DNA of 63,462 nucleotides, counting the filler, from an uncultured bacterium (lineage in GTDB: Bacteria; CAYJOG01), in the NCBI GenBank assembly GCA_964371695.1. It is 10 parts of 10 records of this genome, joined end to end, with 100 filler letters (N's around TTAATTAATTAA, not from the genome) between each part and the next. Parts side by side here need not be neighbours in the genome. Positions count along the whole stretch, not along the records: positions 57,317 to 63,462 come from CAYJOG010000188.1; 9 more parts are not named here. One strand, given 5' to 3'. The notes below the pieces were generated by a model. The model did not search any database. It saw nothing but the letters and a program-made list of their open reading frames with translations, and was not told where the DNA came from. The translations under genes and the position numbers were made by a program. The number at the start of each line of letters is the position of its first letter. The stretch's first letter is position 1. Below are positions 62,545 to 63,462 of the stretch, piece after piece.

Positions 62545-63093
62545 ATGAACAAAGCCCCTGCCAAAAAATCTGCCGCTTTGCCAAAGACGGGCAAGCCCCG
62601 CGTGGCGATTCTCATGGGCAGCCGGTCTGACCTGGACGTGATGAAACACGCCGCTCTTCAACTGCGGGAGCTGGGTGTGGAAAGTGAGGTGCGTGTGATC
62701 TCTGCCCACCGGGCCACCGACGCGCTTTTGAAATATCTTGAAACCATCGAGGCCCGCGGGTTTGACGTGATCATTGCCGGGGCGGGTTGCTCGGCCCATC
62801 TGCCCGGTGTGTGCGCCGCCAAAAGCAACCTGCCGGTGCTGGGGGTGCCTATTCACAATCACGCCACCGGTGGTCTGGACGCCCTGTTGTCCATCGTGCA
62901 GATGCCCGGCGGCGTGCCGGTGGGCACACTGGCCCTGGGCAAGGCCGGGGCGGTTAACGCGGGGCTTCTGGCGGCCAGCATCATTGGCCTGAAAGACCAG
63001 GCGGTGGCCAAGGCATATCGGCGGTTCCGCGCCCGGCAGACCAAAAACGCAGAAGCCCAAATGGTGGTGACATCAGAGGAAATCGGGACGTAG
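62545..63093 (+). CDS. purE: N5-CAIR mutase
   Basis: MGSRSD, SAHR, AGAGCSAHLPG, SIVQMPGGVPV. Confidence 0.96.
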   Translation: MNKAPAKKSAALPKTGKPRVAILMGSRSDLDVMKHAALQLRELGVESEVRVISAHRATDALLKYLETIEARGFDVIIAGAGCSAHLPGVCAAKSNLPVLGVPIHNHATGGLDALLSIVQMPGGVPVGTLALGKAGAVNAGLLAASIIGLKDQAVAKAYRRFRARQTKNAEAQMVVTSEEIGT

Positions 63094-63156
63094 GGCAATG
63101 CCTTCAACAGGAAAGAGTCAGAATTTGATGTAGAAAATAATGCGGCGCCATCATTT

Positions 63157-63326
63157 GCCCTCTCCCTGAGGGAGAGGGCAGCCGTGGGTTAAGCAAAGCG
63201 AAACCCACGGCGGGTGAGGGGGAACGGCTGGATTATCAATACCCCTTATTTTGGTAAGTGTATTCTTTCCCCCTCACCCGGACATGGCTTCGTTTTCACT
63301 CAGCCATGCCCCGCCCTCTCCCTCAG
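63157..63326. repeat. Family D inverted pair
   Basis: GCCCTCTCCCTGAGGGAGAGGG..CGGGTGAGGGGG ... CCCCCTCACCCGG..CCCTCTCCCTCAG. Confidence 0.8.
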
Positions 63327-63462
63327 AGCCTGTTTGAAAAGTCCGTCGTGGACTTTTCAAACCCAACGCCAGCGGGGGCAAAGCCCCCTCGGCGTGGCGA
63401 AAACCTCCGCTTTTTCAAAGCTTCGGCTTTCGGATGCGGTCATCCATGACCGCAAGAGCCTG
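63325..63462 (-). repeat. Family E copy abutting family D, at window end
   Basis: Close reverse complement of 58591-58728. Confidence 0.9.

Overview
The window is not one locus. It is ten unrelated contigs of about 6.1-6.4 kb, joined by 100-nt N/TTAATTAATTAA linkers, from a GC-rich, flagellated bacterium (probably a MAG). It combines Bacillota-like gene orders (aroQ-efp-asp23-amaP; yviE-fliW-csrA-flagellins; clpC) with diderm/LPS genes (lpxD, split hldE, an outer-membrane beta-barrel). Most CDSs are housekeeping, envelope or signalling genes. Best candidate for an undescribed system: an expanded FliW-CsrA-flagellin locus with three tandem flagellins (the middle one a recent chimeric duplicate), an orphan copy of the flagellin leader with no flagellin behind it, and an internally deleted mini-flagellin. 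Alongside it are two dispersed multi-hairpin repeat families with clear compensatory changes and CA-NGGA-UG (CsrA-type) loops. Other notable items: pervasive leaderless TANNNT-N6/7-start promoters; a degenerate-GGDEF/HEAT/GT2 operon with an in-frame TAG in the HEAT gene; an Asd with Ser at the catalytic Cys; a pseudo-PP2C-TM-NHL protein; and head-to-head membrane beta-propeller paralogs. I recognised no CRISPR array, rRNA, tRNA or transposase. All family calls are by-eye motif recognition; no database searches were run.
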